From Balanoglossus misakiensis (taxonomy: Eukaryota > Animalia > Hemichordata): a DNA stretch of 64,000 nt. The translations under genes and the position numbers were made by a program. Shown piece by piece: positions 25,086-37,975 of the stretch. The notes under the pieces were generated by a model. The model made no database searches and was not told where the DNA came from. It saw only the letters and a list, made by a program, of their open reading frames with translations. Each line of letters begins with the position of its first letter. The first letter of the stretch is position 1. The stretch spans positions 2,234,635 to 2,298,634 of the forward strand of contig CM082595.2 of the NCBI GenBank assembly GCA_040954595.2, written 5' to 3'.

Positions 25086-25501
25086 CAGACAGTATTGGCC
25101 TAGCTGAGGTTGCAGATCAGTCTAGTGCTAGCCCAGTGCCAACCTAATGCTACCCTTGTGCTAGACTTTGGTTATTCTTTACTATCAATCACGTGATCTG
25201 GCAATGTGTCACATGGCGCAGTCATTTCCAGATGACGGGCAAGCAATATTTCGGCATCCAGTAAAAGTTTTTCCGAGTATGTTTTTACTTTAGAACCGCC
25301 AAACACATAACATGTATCGGGTATGTTGCCTCATCAGCCTCATTGCATTTCGTCTGCACAGTCTTTGTCTGCACCACGTAAGTCCACGTTGCTGAAGTTG
25401 CCCGTCATCTGGAAATTTGAATGCGAACGTAACTGCCACCTAAGCGCGTCTGACGTCATTTGATAGCGAAGAATTGGTTTTCTCAGCTAGGTCAATGTCT
25501 G
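25086..25501. mobile_element. About 415-bp fold-back element with nested inverted repeats
   Basis: Perfect 19-bp inverted repeat ATTTCCAGATGACGGGCAA (25224-25242 / 25398-25416). Outer imperfect inverted repeats CAGACA..ATTGGCCTAGCTGAG / CTCAGCTAGGTCAATGTCTG and ATTCTTTACTATCAA / TTGATAGCGAAGAAT. Confidence 0.7.
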
Positions 25502-26399
25502 AGTAGCTAAGAGAACATCAGAAATGTTTCGAAGAAGGCGGGAGTGTCTTAGTATGGTTTAAGACGCAACATTCACATCATTGCAAAAATACTAACAGAA
25601 CAGCATAGCGAAGGTTAGTCCCTCTAATAGCTCTGTAAGTATTTTTTGATCACTCTCACTGTCGTAGATTGGTGTAATTGCAGTATATTCAACGATACAA
25701 CAGGGAAAGTGGTACGACAAGGTCAAAGGGCAAACAGTCCTCCTTTCCTTTCATTTTAGTGATCCGTTACCAAGGCTACGAAAAATGTGACATACTGGTC
25801 AGAATCTCACTGGAATCGATGTTAGTTAATTGCATTGGTCCAGTCATTTGCTTAATGTTGCAAATCTTCGTCGATCGAGAAACCGATTTCTGTTTGTATG
25901 TAATTTGCATGGATGGCTCGTTATAGTGGGAAATGCCCAAAGAGTGCATTATGGCGGGTATAACCATATCGCTCTCATATAGGTTAGATTTCTCGTCAAA
26001 TTAAGATGTCTATCATCGATACCCTTTCTGGCTTCGTGGCTTAAGTGCATTTTTTGGTCTGGGGAACTGCAAATGGTGTGTGAGAATATCGGAGGGGAAG
26101 TGGAGGAGGGATGGTGGTGTCCTGTACAGCTGTTTGCTGGCCGAGGCTCCACTCTGATGGAGCCACAATGGAAACAATTGTAAAGTGATTGTATCGTTGG
26201 TGGTAATGTCCCCTGTCATTTAATGGCCATTCCCGTCCATTTTAGAACGTGAATAGTCCCGGGCAAACAGAAGTCCAGTTCTGTTTGTGTATCATAAGTA
26301 GAATTGTATGGTTAAAACCATTAATGATTTAAGTGGCTTGGTTCAAATGGTCCCTATTTACTCAGCCTTTCCACTGTTGCGGACAGACTGCCCCGTTAA

Positions 26400-26590
26400 G
26401 GTAGGACGCGCCTCAAAAATCAAAGTCTCAAATATTCTCTCATATTTTGCTCAAAGCAACTTCAGGTTAGTCACTCTTATAATTTTGAATAAAAATTGGG
26501 GGACCACCATGCAAAATTTTGAATGACCGAGCAAAAGTGCCTCAAATTTGAAGAACGCTGAAAATTGGGAGCGTGTGTTGTAAGACTGTC
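26400..26590 (+). mobile_element. TTAA|GGTAG Kolobok-like repeat, left part
   Basis: TTAA|GGTAGGACGCGCCTC...AATAAAAATTGGGGGACCACCATGCAAAATTTTGAATGA. Homologous in reverse orientation to 50673-50909; related ends at about 34290 and 51937. Confidence 0.75.
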
Positions 26591-27181
26591 TGGAAAAATT
26601 GGTCCAGTGACTCAGAAGGTGCACTTTTTGATGTGGAAACTATCATCTTGTGATTAAGTTCCAGGCTAGGCCGTTGCTACGGAGATTTCAGTTTCTATCT
26701 TTTCAGCAGATACGCCATGGTTTTATGAGAGCTCTGCAACCATGGTAACAGCGCCAAGGACATCTGCCAGGTGCAAGTGGTTTTCTATGAAAAATGAGAA
26801 ATTAAGTGAATATTTCATAATGAGCAGTAAATAAAATTGCTCGTATTAGCTAAAGAAGAAAAATGAGTTTTGAAGTGAAAGTGAAATAGATGGCAGCATG
26901 ATGTTACACCAATTTTGGGAAGATGGCGTCTAAACTGTCAGGATTTCTTGATTTACTTTGTCGGTTTGAGGAATAGGAAGCCCTTGAAATCAGCCAAGTG
27001 GGGTGGTTTCCGTGGTGTTCAATTTCTAGTGTTGCTCACTTGGTGAAGTTGATTGATCGTGTGCTGGTGAAATTTTGAGCTCCTTAAAATTTTTTCGGAA
27101 ACTTATATCTCACCGGTATTGGATACGATGCTGAGGTTAGGGAAGGTGAAATCCTAGAGGTCAAATAGAGATTACCCGGCC

Positions 27182-27260
27182 AATAGACCATTTCCTGAAC
27201 TCTATGAGACCTTGCATGAGATTTCACGTGGCTAGGCAGTTTATATGTAAGGATATTTTC
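27182..27260 (+). mobile_element. AATAGACC/GAGATCTCGCG family, partial copy
   Basis: AATAGACCATTTCCTGAACTC...GAGACCTTGC..GAGATTTCACGTGGCTAGGCAGTTTATATG matches the copies at 6584 and 11982. Confidence 0.75.
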
Positions 27261-27933
27261 TCAAGTCTAAAATGGACGTATAGAGCCCTGAAATCTTTGT
27301 TGGCAGAAACGCTAAAATTCATAGAAGAGGAAAAAGGTAGTTTTGGAAAAACAGATAAATTACAATCAATCAACCTGCGATGACAACCAACGGATTGTAA
27401 ACCCGACCTCTGATACTAATAAAACTTTGAATAACATCAGAAACTGGAAAAATTCCATCTATCCCAATTTGATTTGGTTCTGATAGTTGTTGGTAGGAAA
27501 GATTCCCCAGATATTTGACAGTGAAATGAGCTGAACCCCACGGGACACGAGTCAAGATTGCGATACTGAATTAAAGATGGTTTCAACCAATGTAGAAATA
27601 ATACTTCTGGAGATATTACATTGGTTTTGTAAGCCCTGGCTTGTGAAATTCCATTTTGTTTGCTTTTATTTTGATAAATCCGATCTCAAGCTTACCTACG
27701 TCATTTTATTGTGCTTACCGAGAGATACGCATCCATTTGTTATCACGCTTGCCCCAAAAACCATATTGGAATATTGGAATGTAGAGATAATATCTTACAT
27801 GCAGCTGTACATGGTGATTGTGTAGGCTAGTGCATCACATATTAGGTACTAGCTTCAGAAAGTGCAGTGTCAGTTAGACACAGTATAATAAATTATAAAC
27901 AGTGAAGAAGTGTGTGTATGTGTGAAAGAGATT

Positions 27934-27983
27934 GACAGACAGACAAAGACAGACAGACAGACACAAAAATAGACACACAGACA
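27934..27983. repeat. (GACA)n microsatellite, imperfect
   Basis: Directly visible. Confidence 0.85.
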
Positions 27984-28899
27984 AAGAAATTACTGCTCTT
28001 TTAAATTTCACAACCGTGAGCATATTCATCAGGAAAATTTGAACTGACAGTGAATATTAGAAGAAAGTGTATTCAGACATGGTTGCAATGGCTACAGCTT
28101 CCAAGGGGCACGATGAGAGCTGATACAAAATAAAATGCCATAAAACTGCCATAAAATACAGTCTGCATTCTGAAAATAATATTGCTTATGAAGTTGACTT
28201 TCCTTTGGAAATATTTTGTTTGCCACAGCATTTGTGTAATTTATTTTGTGAGTTTTGTATGCCCTGCTGTCGTAAAATACCAAATAGACTGATTTTACAT
28301 CATCTGAAAATATTAAGTGCTATTTAGGTTCGATTTTCTACTCAAATATTTTGTTAGCCACAACAGCTGTGGGATGTAGTCTAACCTCCTACAGTGAAGA
28401 TGAATGTGTAGTGAATCTCGTCATCTCGATACATCCCAGCTGGACCAGGTGACAATTCTCAAGGTATCTTTGATAAAACTGGATCTTTGCACCCGAAAGT
28501 AAATAGTTCAAAAAAATTCACCCCATTACGGTGTGCGATGTGAAGCCTGCCCTACCAGAGTTCAGAAAATCAATCATGTGTTTGGATTTTTAAGTACTCT
28601 CTCGTATTGTTCCGACTTGAATTGATTTGTGTAATTATCAAATGTAGTGGAAATGCTTTCAGGGTACAACTGACTGACTCCTCTATGCAGACCGTCTGAC
28701 AAAACCTCCCATTGTAAATTCAACACGGAAAAAAATGTCATTTTGTTATTGAAAAATATGTCTTCAATTAGAAGTGACGTAAATGTGTCAATTTCGTGGA
28801 TCCTTCAGATCAGTCAGTTGCATGAATATTTGGGTACTTCTGTAGTTTTCTAATTTTCTAATTATATAAACTGAATGCACAATTACTTGTGTTGCTGGA

Positions 28900-29122
28900 G
28901 AAATTGTTCAGTTTGCAGAGATGTCCAGTTTATCGAGGTTCTCTTTGGTCCTATGGGAAGGGAGCTGGGAAATGTGTTCAGTATAGACAGGTTTCAAAAT
29001 TAGACAGAGTCCGGTTTAGACAGGTTTACTGCAGGCTTTGTGCAGTCACTGAGACTGCTCTGCACTGTTCAATATGGACGGGTTCCAGGTTTGACAGTGT
29101 TCGGATTAGACAGGTTTGACTG
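28900..29122 (+). mobile_element. CAGT-type (Tc1/mariner-pogo-like) MITE, right part with duplicated subterminal TAGACAGG motifs
   Basis: Repeated TAGACAGG(TTT) motifs ending in ACAGGTTTGACTG|TA, complementary to the TA|CAGTCAAACCTGT end at 55. Confidence 0.7.
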
Positions 29123-29821
29123 TACGGACATGCAATACATCATGTACAATCACTCTGGATCTATTAAACACTGGATGAGAGTTCTGTTCCATGGAGACCC
29201 AATTAACTAACGCGAAATTCTGATTTACGACGGTGCTACCAGTAGGACGTCTTTCTTCCCCATTTGTTGATGGGTAACGATGTCAAATTAGTCTGCTCTA
29301 GTTAACAATGCAGATCATGAAACTACAGGAAGTATATACAAGCAAAATAAGATGTGATTTTTGGAAAAGACGGCCAAATCCACGGAAATCGGTTTATTAA
29401 TTCTTAAATGTGTTCCTTGGATAAGGTTACATTTGTCTGCAGTGTCCCCAAGCACAATGCTCAAATTCTCCTCTGCTGAACAGCGAGAGAAGAGATAAGG
29501 TTTCATTTCTCTGATATCAGCTTAGGATTATGAAGAGCAGAAGGAAATAATTGAAATTTCGCCTTAGGGAATATTTAAAATCACATCGTCTGGTTCCTCT
29601 GACAAAATGGATATGAAACGATTCAGTAATCATCTGTCAGAGTTTTGTATGTTTTCATTTCATATGATATACTGTTTGCATTTTGTATTAACTTGGAAAT
29701 ATAATATCAAGTATGTTTACTCAGATAACAGTCGTTAAACAGAAAATCAAATAATTATCTATGGAAAATAATACGTTTATGTGATTTAGAAAGATGGTGC
29801 AAATCAATGAAGGATGATTAA

Positions 29822-29945
29822 AGGGACAAAGTCACTCATATTTGACGTTATTTTGGTCATTTTCTTGAGAATGCAAGAAAGTTCGGTTGTTGAAGGGCTG
29901 GGATTTGTAAAGAGTGATACAAAGAAGTCTGGTGCAAAAGACTTT
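29822..29945 (+). mobile_element. Left end of an AGGGACAAAGT Kolobok-like element
   Basis: TTAA|AGGGACAAAGTC is identical to the termini at 39507 and 60957. No matching right end is visible. Confidence 0.45.
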
Positions 29946-30199
29946 GCTTGAAAGAAGGATTATTCTTATCATAATACGTTCTCATGATAATAACACTTCA
30001 GGATTTTTCTTTGAAATTTAATACTGACTATTGCATGAATATTTTAGTGTTCAGAATTTGACCAAAAGCTACAATGGCAGAGAGAATGCTCAGGTCTGAT
30101 CAAAGAAATTGCCGCATCTGTGCCAAGAATTATTGTGGCCAAGCTGAAAATTATTCTAGTACACAGATCGGCAGGCAGATTCCATATAACGTAGGGTGT

Positions 30200-30286
30200 A
30201 GCTATATTTTGGGTGGTGTCAAGGTTCCGAACTGGTGAACAGAAATATTTTAAAAAAAGTGGCAAAAACTTGCAGCTAATAGAGCT
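30200..30286 (-). mobile_element. TTAA-flanked Kolobok-like element end (ATTAGCT family)
   Basis: The reverse complement TTAA|AGCTCTATTAGCTGCAAGTTTTTG...TTCTGTTCACCA resembles 13627-13735. Confidence 0.45.
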
Positions 30287-31782
30287 TTAATCAATCAGAC
30301 TCAGAGTAAGAACAGTTTCCACAGAATGGAAAAACATTTGGAGATTGGGATTAGATACTAAAAGGCCTTAGGCCCTGTCTTTTTTGGACTCATTTTTTGT
30401 CTGTTTTAGGAATCATTTAACGGGCAAATATCTGTAAAATCATCCTGCAGACAGGAAAAGGCACTTATCAAAATTGGCATCATTGAAACTTTCATGATCA
30501 AAGGCTCTGCTGCAGATAATTTAACTCTTCTGGGGCAGTTTAGACCTTTTAATGTTTTATCTGTATTAATCTCCAGACTGTGCTTCATTCGTTGGAAATT
30601 GTCCGTCCTTGCTAATTGTTGATTGACCATTGTACCGGTATGACGGTCAGACATGGCCGGTTGTCTTAGGGGATGGTCATTTAGCGGTTTCATAGCACCA
30701 CTTTTGGCCGCGTTCTGCCCAAACTCTCATCATCAAGTGTACCCATCAGACCAGTAAATGACATCAGCTTACGATTTCTGTCCGTTCCTAATGGGGGAGA
30801 TAGCGATCCCCTTGTTTTTATGACAGCCGGTACTCATAGTCAGTCGGTCAGCTAAATTGTTTGTCTCGTCAGATTCTGTAGATCGGCGAGATTGGTTCAG
30901 TGATGGATGACAAGTCTACTGACCAGTGCTGTACATGTGATGTCTACATCAAACTCCTACAACTCTCTGAAATATCTTTTGATTTTTATCATGCTTCACA
31001 AAATGCACATCAAAATTCCCATCAACTAAATTTGAGATATTCATTAATTTGAGTTGATTTTGGCAGCAGTATCTCCATATTAGTGGTAAATAATGAAATT
31101 GCAATGAATAGTTGGTAGTCCTTATGGCCTGTGCGAGATGTATGACACTGCTGTTATAATTCAAATAAAATAAAATACTTTTGAGATTTGCCAACAACCC
31201 AGACTGTCTCTTCAGATCTTCACCTTTTCTTTATAAGTACAAAGTCGCCATTGATTCGACAGACTCCTTCGCACATGTGCTCAGAAACTACGTCACGCGA
31301 AATGTTTTTTTCCGTCTGTAATTCCAGATCCCCTGTAGCTAGCCATCCAGGCAATTATCTCCCGAAACCTGGCATCCACCATCAGTCATCAAATATTTAT
31401 TCCATTGCTTCCGTGATGGAAGTTGGTATATTTCCTTCTTCCTTCATCTGGGAATTCCATGTAATTTTCCACATGGCTGGAAATTTATCCGTCTCTGCAC
31501 GGAACGGTTGTATCCTTTAAGTAGCTCTGATTCCAGTGGCCCCTTTATACACAGCACCAATCAGGCAAATGTACACACACATTCTTGAGTATACCCAAAT
31601 GACAAATGGATATATTTACTAGATAAGAAACAGTTCAAAGCAATCTTCTTGGTAGCTAGAAACAAATAATTTATCATGCGTGGCACACAGACTGATGCTT
31701 TATTTTCTTGAAATATCGTCGGGTATGTTGACTGTGTGTGCATGAAAAAATATGGTGTATGTACATGTATTTAATTGTTTAA

Positions 31783-31983
31783 AGGGGTAGTGATTGTACC
31801 AGTTGATGTTTTATTTGCATCCATTGGAATATTTGCCCTCCCCCCCCCCCCCCACACACTTCTTGATGTGTCCATATTTGTTGTGTTTTTATACAGCTAT
31901 TGTTAACATCGACACCTGAATTACCCCTATAACCATCAAATAAAAATAACAAAAATAATACCAAAATAACCATTTTTGCCCCT
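31783..31983. mobile_element. 201-bp Kolobok-like MITE
   Basis: TTAA|AGGGGTA ... TGCCCCT|TTAA: TTAA on both sides with short RR...YY termini. Confidence 0.55.
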
Positions 31984-33595
31984 TTAATGTTTACCTCAAG
32001 TTGCAATTTTGCTATCTATTTCCACCGTTAAAATGACATTTTCATTGCATGTTATTTTACTTGGATACAAAGTGGGATTACCAGTCCCATTAGCAGTAAT
32101 CTACCGGTCTCTTAAGCTGCGTCTGAAAGCTGCAGCCGTCTCTGTGTTTTTATACAGTTCTTCTGTACGACCGCCACTCGATCCAATCAATATGTGTCAA
32201 CCGGGCTTATCATTGGTTTCTTGAAACGTCTCCCAGTTTGAGTGGCACGTAATGTCCTCCACGTCGTTGTCGTCTACAATCTGGGGTTTCCTGGATCTGC
32301 CAACCAACCTCCTTTCTATTGGAAGATCAATTGGGTTGACCCCAATATAGATAGGTCACACATCTCCCTGTAGTTACACAGAAAGATGATAAATTTACAT
32401 AATAAATAGGGTTTACAGACTTGTATCAATATTATAGTTTTGTAAATAGTTATAAAATCATGGAAAAACATATGAAATTTTGAAAAAAAGGACATTATTA
32501 GCTGCACGAAAAATACGAGATATTTTCGTCTAATTCTCTTTTCGTATGGAGTACTCGGCAATTCTGACCCAGTACATCACTTCATAGAGTTCCTGACCTC
32601 AGTAACTGACTCAGAATTCTTAACTGCAGTATATTTCCCTGGTGGTTACCTGAAAAATGCTTCCCATATGGACGTTTTTGTGCGTAAAACGTTGCCGTAT
32701 CTTTTCATCATTTCACTATTTGGAACTTACCATGTGCACTTGAAAATAAGACTTTCCCTCCCTCCCTCCCAATACAAGTTTCTCGGAAGACCACTCTGTT
32801 GCAATGAGATCATTGATGAGTGCAGTGCTCCAGTGTAAGCTCTTGGCCGATCGCAGACAGAAGGGCAAACCAGCAAATTGTTCAGTTACTACTCTACCGT
32901 TAATACTCAGGGGCTGAAAATTGTTCATTGACTCATGTAAGCAAGGGGGAAAAAACTCACTCCATGTTTGACATTGTGCCTTCGTGTCTACAACAGGTAA
33001 TTCATCAACTCTCTGGAGTTTTCCCGAGTCTGTCTTTGCAACCAGACTTCTCTGAACTCAAGGCGTACTGGCACCATTGTAATTTGACATGGCGTCACAT
33101 CAGAGCCCTGACTGGAATTTTTGTGGACGATTGTTCTTGAAGATGACAGGGTACCGCTGCCGTCCTCCTGAAATCATAAACCAGTCCATGTACATCGCAG
33201 TTCATTAAACAGCCATCCTCATCGGCTTACACTAATTAAAAATGTAGTCTACCAGCAAATTCCCATCTCAACAGTTCCCTGTAATTGTGCATGGTCGGTC
33301 TCTTGACAAATTATTTCATAATTCAAACAGAAAGATCAAATCCCCGAAATTCATTTTCAGTCTGAGCGTATATTTGTCATGTAGCTTTGACTGCAGTTTG
33401 TATTAAAACGAGAAAAGCCTTAAAGACAGCTCCACTGCAGGGAAACAGCGGGTCTCTTTAATTCCAATTTCAAGGACTGTAACCGCCTTTTCTGGATTTT
33501 GAGTGCGCAGTCTACTTGACTCTGGTGGATGTCAATAAAGCCTGGAGTATGTATCTGAGCGTACATGTGATGTCTCATGATTAGCAGTGTATTAA

Positions 33596-33680
33596 CCCTT
33601 TCACCATCATGGTTCAGTCCAAACCCATTGTTTTCTATGGTAAGATTGGACCTCTATAGAGGGAACTGGGGGTGAAAGGG
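33596..33680. mobile_element. 85-bp piggyBac-like MITE
   Basis: TTAA|CCCTTTCACC ... GGTGAAAGGG|TTAA (perfect 10-bp TIR, TTAA TSD). Six mismatches versus the copy at 59317-59401. Confidence 0.88.
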
Positions 33681-34674
33681 TTAAAGGGCCACTATCTGTA
33701 ATGTGTGTCTGTGTTTCAGTTATTGTTTTTGTTTTGTGTATCAACCAATTTCTTGTCGCTCTCCCCTCAGCAAACCAAAATGTTCAGGCACTCTTCTTAT
33801 CAACAAGTCATGTATATACAGACCACGGTATCTCCCCAAAAAGCATGCTTGCAGCTTTTAGCAGAAAACTTTACAGCACACACAATATACGATCTAACAA
33901 CCAAAACCTGACGTTTCATATGTATAACCTATAAATACACGGACGTCATCGACAGCTAAGAACTAGCTGATCAAGTTACACACGAAAAATGCGCATTTGT
34001 GTGGTTTTATATCACATGGTGCTGATGGCTACATCAGGAAAACGACGTATCTCACGACATGACATTTTCAGGAGTAGAAACATGATAAATCACAAGAAAT
34101 GACTTACGCTGCATGGTCTGATTTTATAGCGCGAAGGCCAGGCAATATTAGATAAAACTGGTCCATCAACAAATAAATATAAATCAGGGAGGAATTTATG
34201 GCTGCCGGTGAGTTGTTATTAATCTCAGGTTGCCATCGTATTTTCATAAGAGTTTACAAAAATCCCGAGAAAACGTGGTTAATTCCTTCTTAAGGTACTA
34301 TGCCTCGGAAATCAAAGTCGTAAACCTTTTGGCAAGCTAGATACTGGTTCTTCAACAGGAGTGTAGCAAAGACCTGTTCTGTGTACAGCTGAAAAAAGAT
34401 CAAAATCCTCCCAAATTACAACTATTACAGATTTTCACATTCATCGTCAGGGTGTGGCATTAGCTCCATGTTATCAGTGGTATAGTAGATTGTATTCAAA
34501 GCTAAGCTAGGGTCAATGGGTTGAGGAAATGATCCTATGACAGACCGTCTAGACCGAGATAATTACGATATTATTAACAAAGTACAACAATCGATGTGAT
34601 TGGAGTCATGTATACAGACTCTATGTTTCCTGTTATTATCCATTAAAATCTAGTTAACCCAGATGACATTTTGA

Positions 34675-34710
34675 CCCCCCCCCCTCCCACACACACACAC
34701 ACACACACAC
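34675..34710. repeat. Poly-C run plus (CA)n microsatellite
   Basis: Directly visible. Confidence 0.9.
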
Positions 34711-34819
34711 AAATCAATGGTTGTTAAGGTGGATTTTCATTCATGGTATATGCCCAGAGTACATGCCACCCACGAAAGTCCCATTGTCATATAATTTGGC
34801 CGAGGAGTAGGTCACAGAG

Positions 34820-35015
34820 TAGGAATTACCTCTGTAATCAGGACACCTCTCTATTAAGGACAGATTCTCTGTTCCCTGCTGTGTCCTTAATAGACAGGAT
34901 TCACCGTCTTTTGGTCATGTTTCGATGACATTTTAAACTGGGACAATAATATCAAAAGTGAGTGATTTCTGTGAAACAAGCATACAGTGAAACCTGTCTA
35001 TTACAGACATTTTCC
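34820..35015 (+). mobile_element. Two adjacent fragments of CAGT-type MITEs
   Basis: ACCTCTCTATTAAGGACA...TGTCCTTAATAGACAGG is self-complementary; TA|CAGTGAAACCTGTCTATTA follows at 34983. Confidence 0.6.
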
Positions 35016-37779
35016 GCAGCAGGAAACTAGGTTTCATGTTTTTTTCTTCTGCACCAAAACAGGAAGAACTCACAATGTACAATGGTTGTTTTGTAAGCTT
35101 TAATGATTGACAGCTCTTAAAGTAGCTCATTATTATCTGATGAATGAAAATGCAGACAATGATACATCAATATATGATTTTCCGTAATTGTTTTATCATC
35201 TGAATTGAATAATATTGATTGCAGCGGTTCTGAAGTTGATATGCATTGAGGATTTGAATAGCTCAACAAGGAGTAAAGTGACTTTACATTGTGTGTAATA
35301 TGAAGTAGTTTTCATGATGGAAGTGTTTGTATAAGACTTGACATAAAGTAGATAGATTAACTGTCAACTTCTGATTTGTGGACATACGTATGTACATACT
35401 GATCAACGCTCCCGGCTACTGACTGAGCTTGCTTCTATCATCAATTATTAAAAATTTTCATATGGGAAATTTATTGTCAATCAGCGTTAGCTTGTGAGTT
35501 GATTTGCAAATGAGTCACCAGTGCCTTGGACGAATTATTTTGTCTGTTTGATTCATTTCTCACTTGAACGAACAGAACAGGTGGGGCTTTAAAGAGAAGA
35601 AGTCCCTGGTAGTTAATGCTGTTTTCATCAATTTTATTGCTTTGAGATGTGACTTGTTCTGTTAGTTTGTTTGGAAAGTCAATATCAGTTCAACTACGCT
35701 GGGTTGAGACACTTCATTGTAACAATTTTCTTATGTTGTAGGTCTTCATGTTGTTTCTACCGGTATAGTCATCTTGTTTTGTGATCCTGTGAAGAAATTT
35801 CGATCTGTTCAATTTTTTTGGACAAAAAAGCTCATGCAACTTTAATACAGCAAAGATGTCATCTGCTTTTAATCTCGCAGAGTGTTAGAAGCTGCATGTC
35901 CAATGGAGTGTATAACAAAGGACAGTGGATAGAATTTGAAACTAATGGTGTAGAATTCTACACGTCTACCCTTACACACTCAAGGCAAGACCCGGCCAAT
36001 TTGCATGATAAAATGCAATCAAATGCCAGAACAAACCATGTACTGAGGCAGCCCCAGGAATTGCATGGATCTCGATCAGATAGACAATTTACTTTAGAAG
36101 CCGAGTTGCTTTTGCACGGGCATGCACTCAGTAAATTACCCTCTGATTGTCGTGCCCTGGTCATGAAATCATGCGGGAAACCATTTTTGTCAAGACAGAG
36201 GGGTGGCTGTATCGTCATATAATTTCTGATGTGCAATTGGTTTTAGATATCTAGAACTGTGCAACCTTTTAAGACTACTCAAGATTATTCTGTCAGGAGT
36301 AGGTCAGTTCCATTCTCTAAAAATATCTAAGCTTGAAATTATTACGGTCATAAATCATACGCTTGTGCATACGACTTTCCCAGACAATCTCTTCCATTCC
36401 CATGATGCAGTAGTTCTTGATGTACGGCACAAATTTCACCAAAGGAAGTGAACCTCTCATTGTGCAGAAATTGAATTTTTTCCTAAGAAAGTTTTAAACA
36501 GAAAGTTTAACTTTCTCATATATCTACCTATCACCTATATCACATCATGTAAAATCTGAAAACTTATAATAAAACTTGTCACTTTGTTAGTGAAATCATG
36601 ACAGCTGTCTAATCAGATAAGTTATCTTCTTAATACGGATGGCACACAGCAGATGAATCTCGCCGTAGGGTGTAGACGTCTGCTTGTTTGTTGCTGTACA
36701 GTTCGTCATCTCCAACATCACAAGACGTAAATCCTAGTATTTCTAAGATTACCTCGTAAAACTATGTGAAGAGGAGTTGCCGAGAGAAACAAGGCTTATC
36801 TTATCAAAATCCCTGCTCTCTTCATCTTTTGCGTGATCTACGAGATAAATCTTCCTTTTTGGCCAAACTGACAGAGATGATTCCTTCCATTAGCGAGTCG
36901 TTCCTCCATTAGCAGTGCTGTTTCAATCTTTCACATCAAGTGATAAAAATAGTGCTCCAGGGTGGGGGTCAGAGGTCAAAGTGATGTGGCTAATAGATGA
37001 GGACAGAGGTTAGCCTAATAGTTATTACCTGTCTCATGATGGGGCAAGATGTCAAAATAATTTGACATTCTATTATGTATCTGGAGTTGGGAACGTGAAA
37101 CTGAATGTATGATAGCTATAGGGTATACATCTTCAAAGCATAAGACATGTTTTGGCAGTTAAAGCCATTTCCCTCTTTTTTTGTCATGGTTATCACGTGT
37201 CTTGATCATGAGGTCCCATTCGACCTGTGGAGTCAGTGCTGATGACAGTAGTCATCTGTAATTGCAAATACTAAAAGACCGAGTAAAATTTCTTCAAGCA
37301 CAGTGGAAGTCAAATTTCATCTTTTCCTGGGCCAAGAATCTTTTCCCGGGCCAAGAAGACTATCTGCGATAGATGACATGACAAGACAGGTTTATTTGCT
37401 CGCAGAGAAATCAACCTGTGTGAGAGATGACACACAACTGGTGTCATCCGCTTGACTTGATATTACAGGAAGCCATCTCTCACTGTGAATTATTTATCAG
37501 CAGACACAGACAGAATACATCATGCAAACCGCATGTGCCAAAAAAACTGGATGATTATTGAGTATTGAACGCTGCGAGTTGATACGATAATTACTACGAG
37601 TTTGTAGTCGATCCTCGTTTGGGATAGGTCAATGACCCTGGCTAGCTCAACTAGTCTCTGTAGACCTGGTTGTTTTTTGCATAATTGGACCCTTACGGTC
37701 CCGCTCTCTCTAATTATTAACTTGGTTGAATATTATTCACAGAAATGCGTGAGGTGAATACGAGGGTCGCTCTGGAATA

Positions 37780-37975
37780 CTGTAAAACACTTTTTTTTCG
37801 TGAGTCAAAATTTTCGCGATATCGAGAGAGGCCACTGTTACGCGAGTATTAATTTTCGCGTTTTCACACATTGTTCTTTCACAACTATATGTACGCGAGT
37901 CTTTATTTTCGCGTTTTTTTGGCTCTCGCGTATTTAGCGTAAATTTAATGCTCGCGAAAATAAAGTGTTTTACAG
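37780..37975. mobile_element. 196-bp TA-flanked MITE (Tc1/mariner-type) with TTTTCGCG subterminal repeats
   Basis: TA|CTGTAAAACACTTT ... AAAGTGTTTTACAG|TA (14-bp perfect TIR). Internal CGCGAGT...ATTTTCGCG repeats. Confidence 0.88.

Noticed and set aside
35818-36222. 134-aa plus-strand ORF
   Set aside because: TTG start, no recognisable motif and no clear splice boundaries; a length that can arise by chance in 64 kb.
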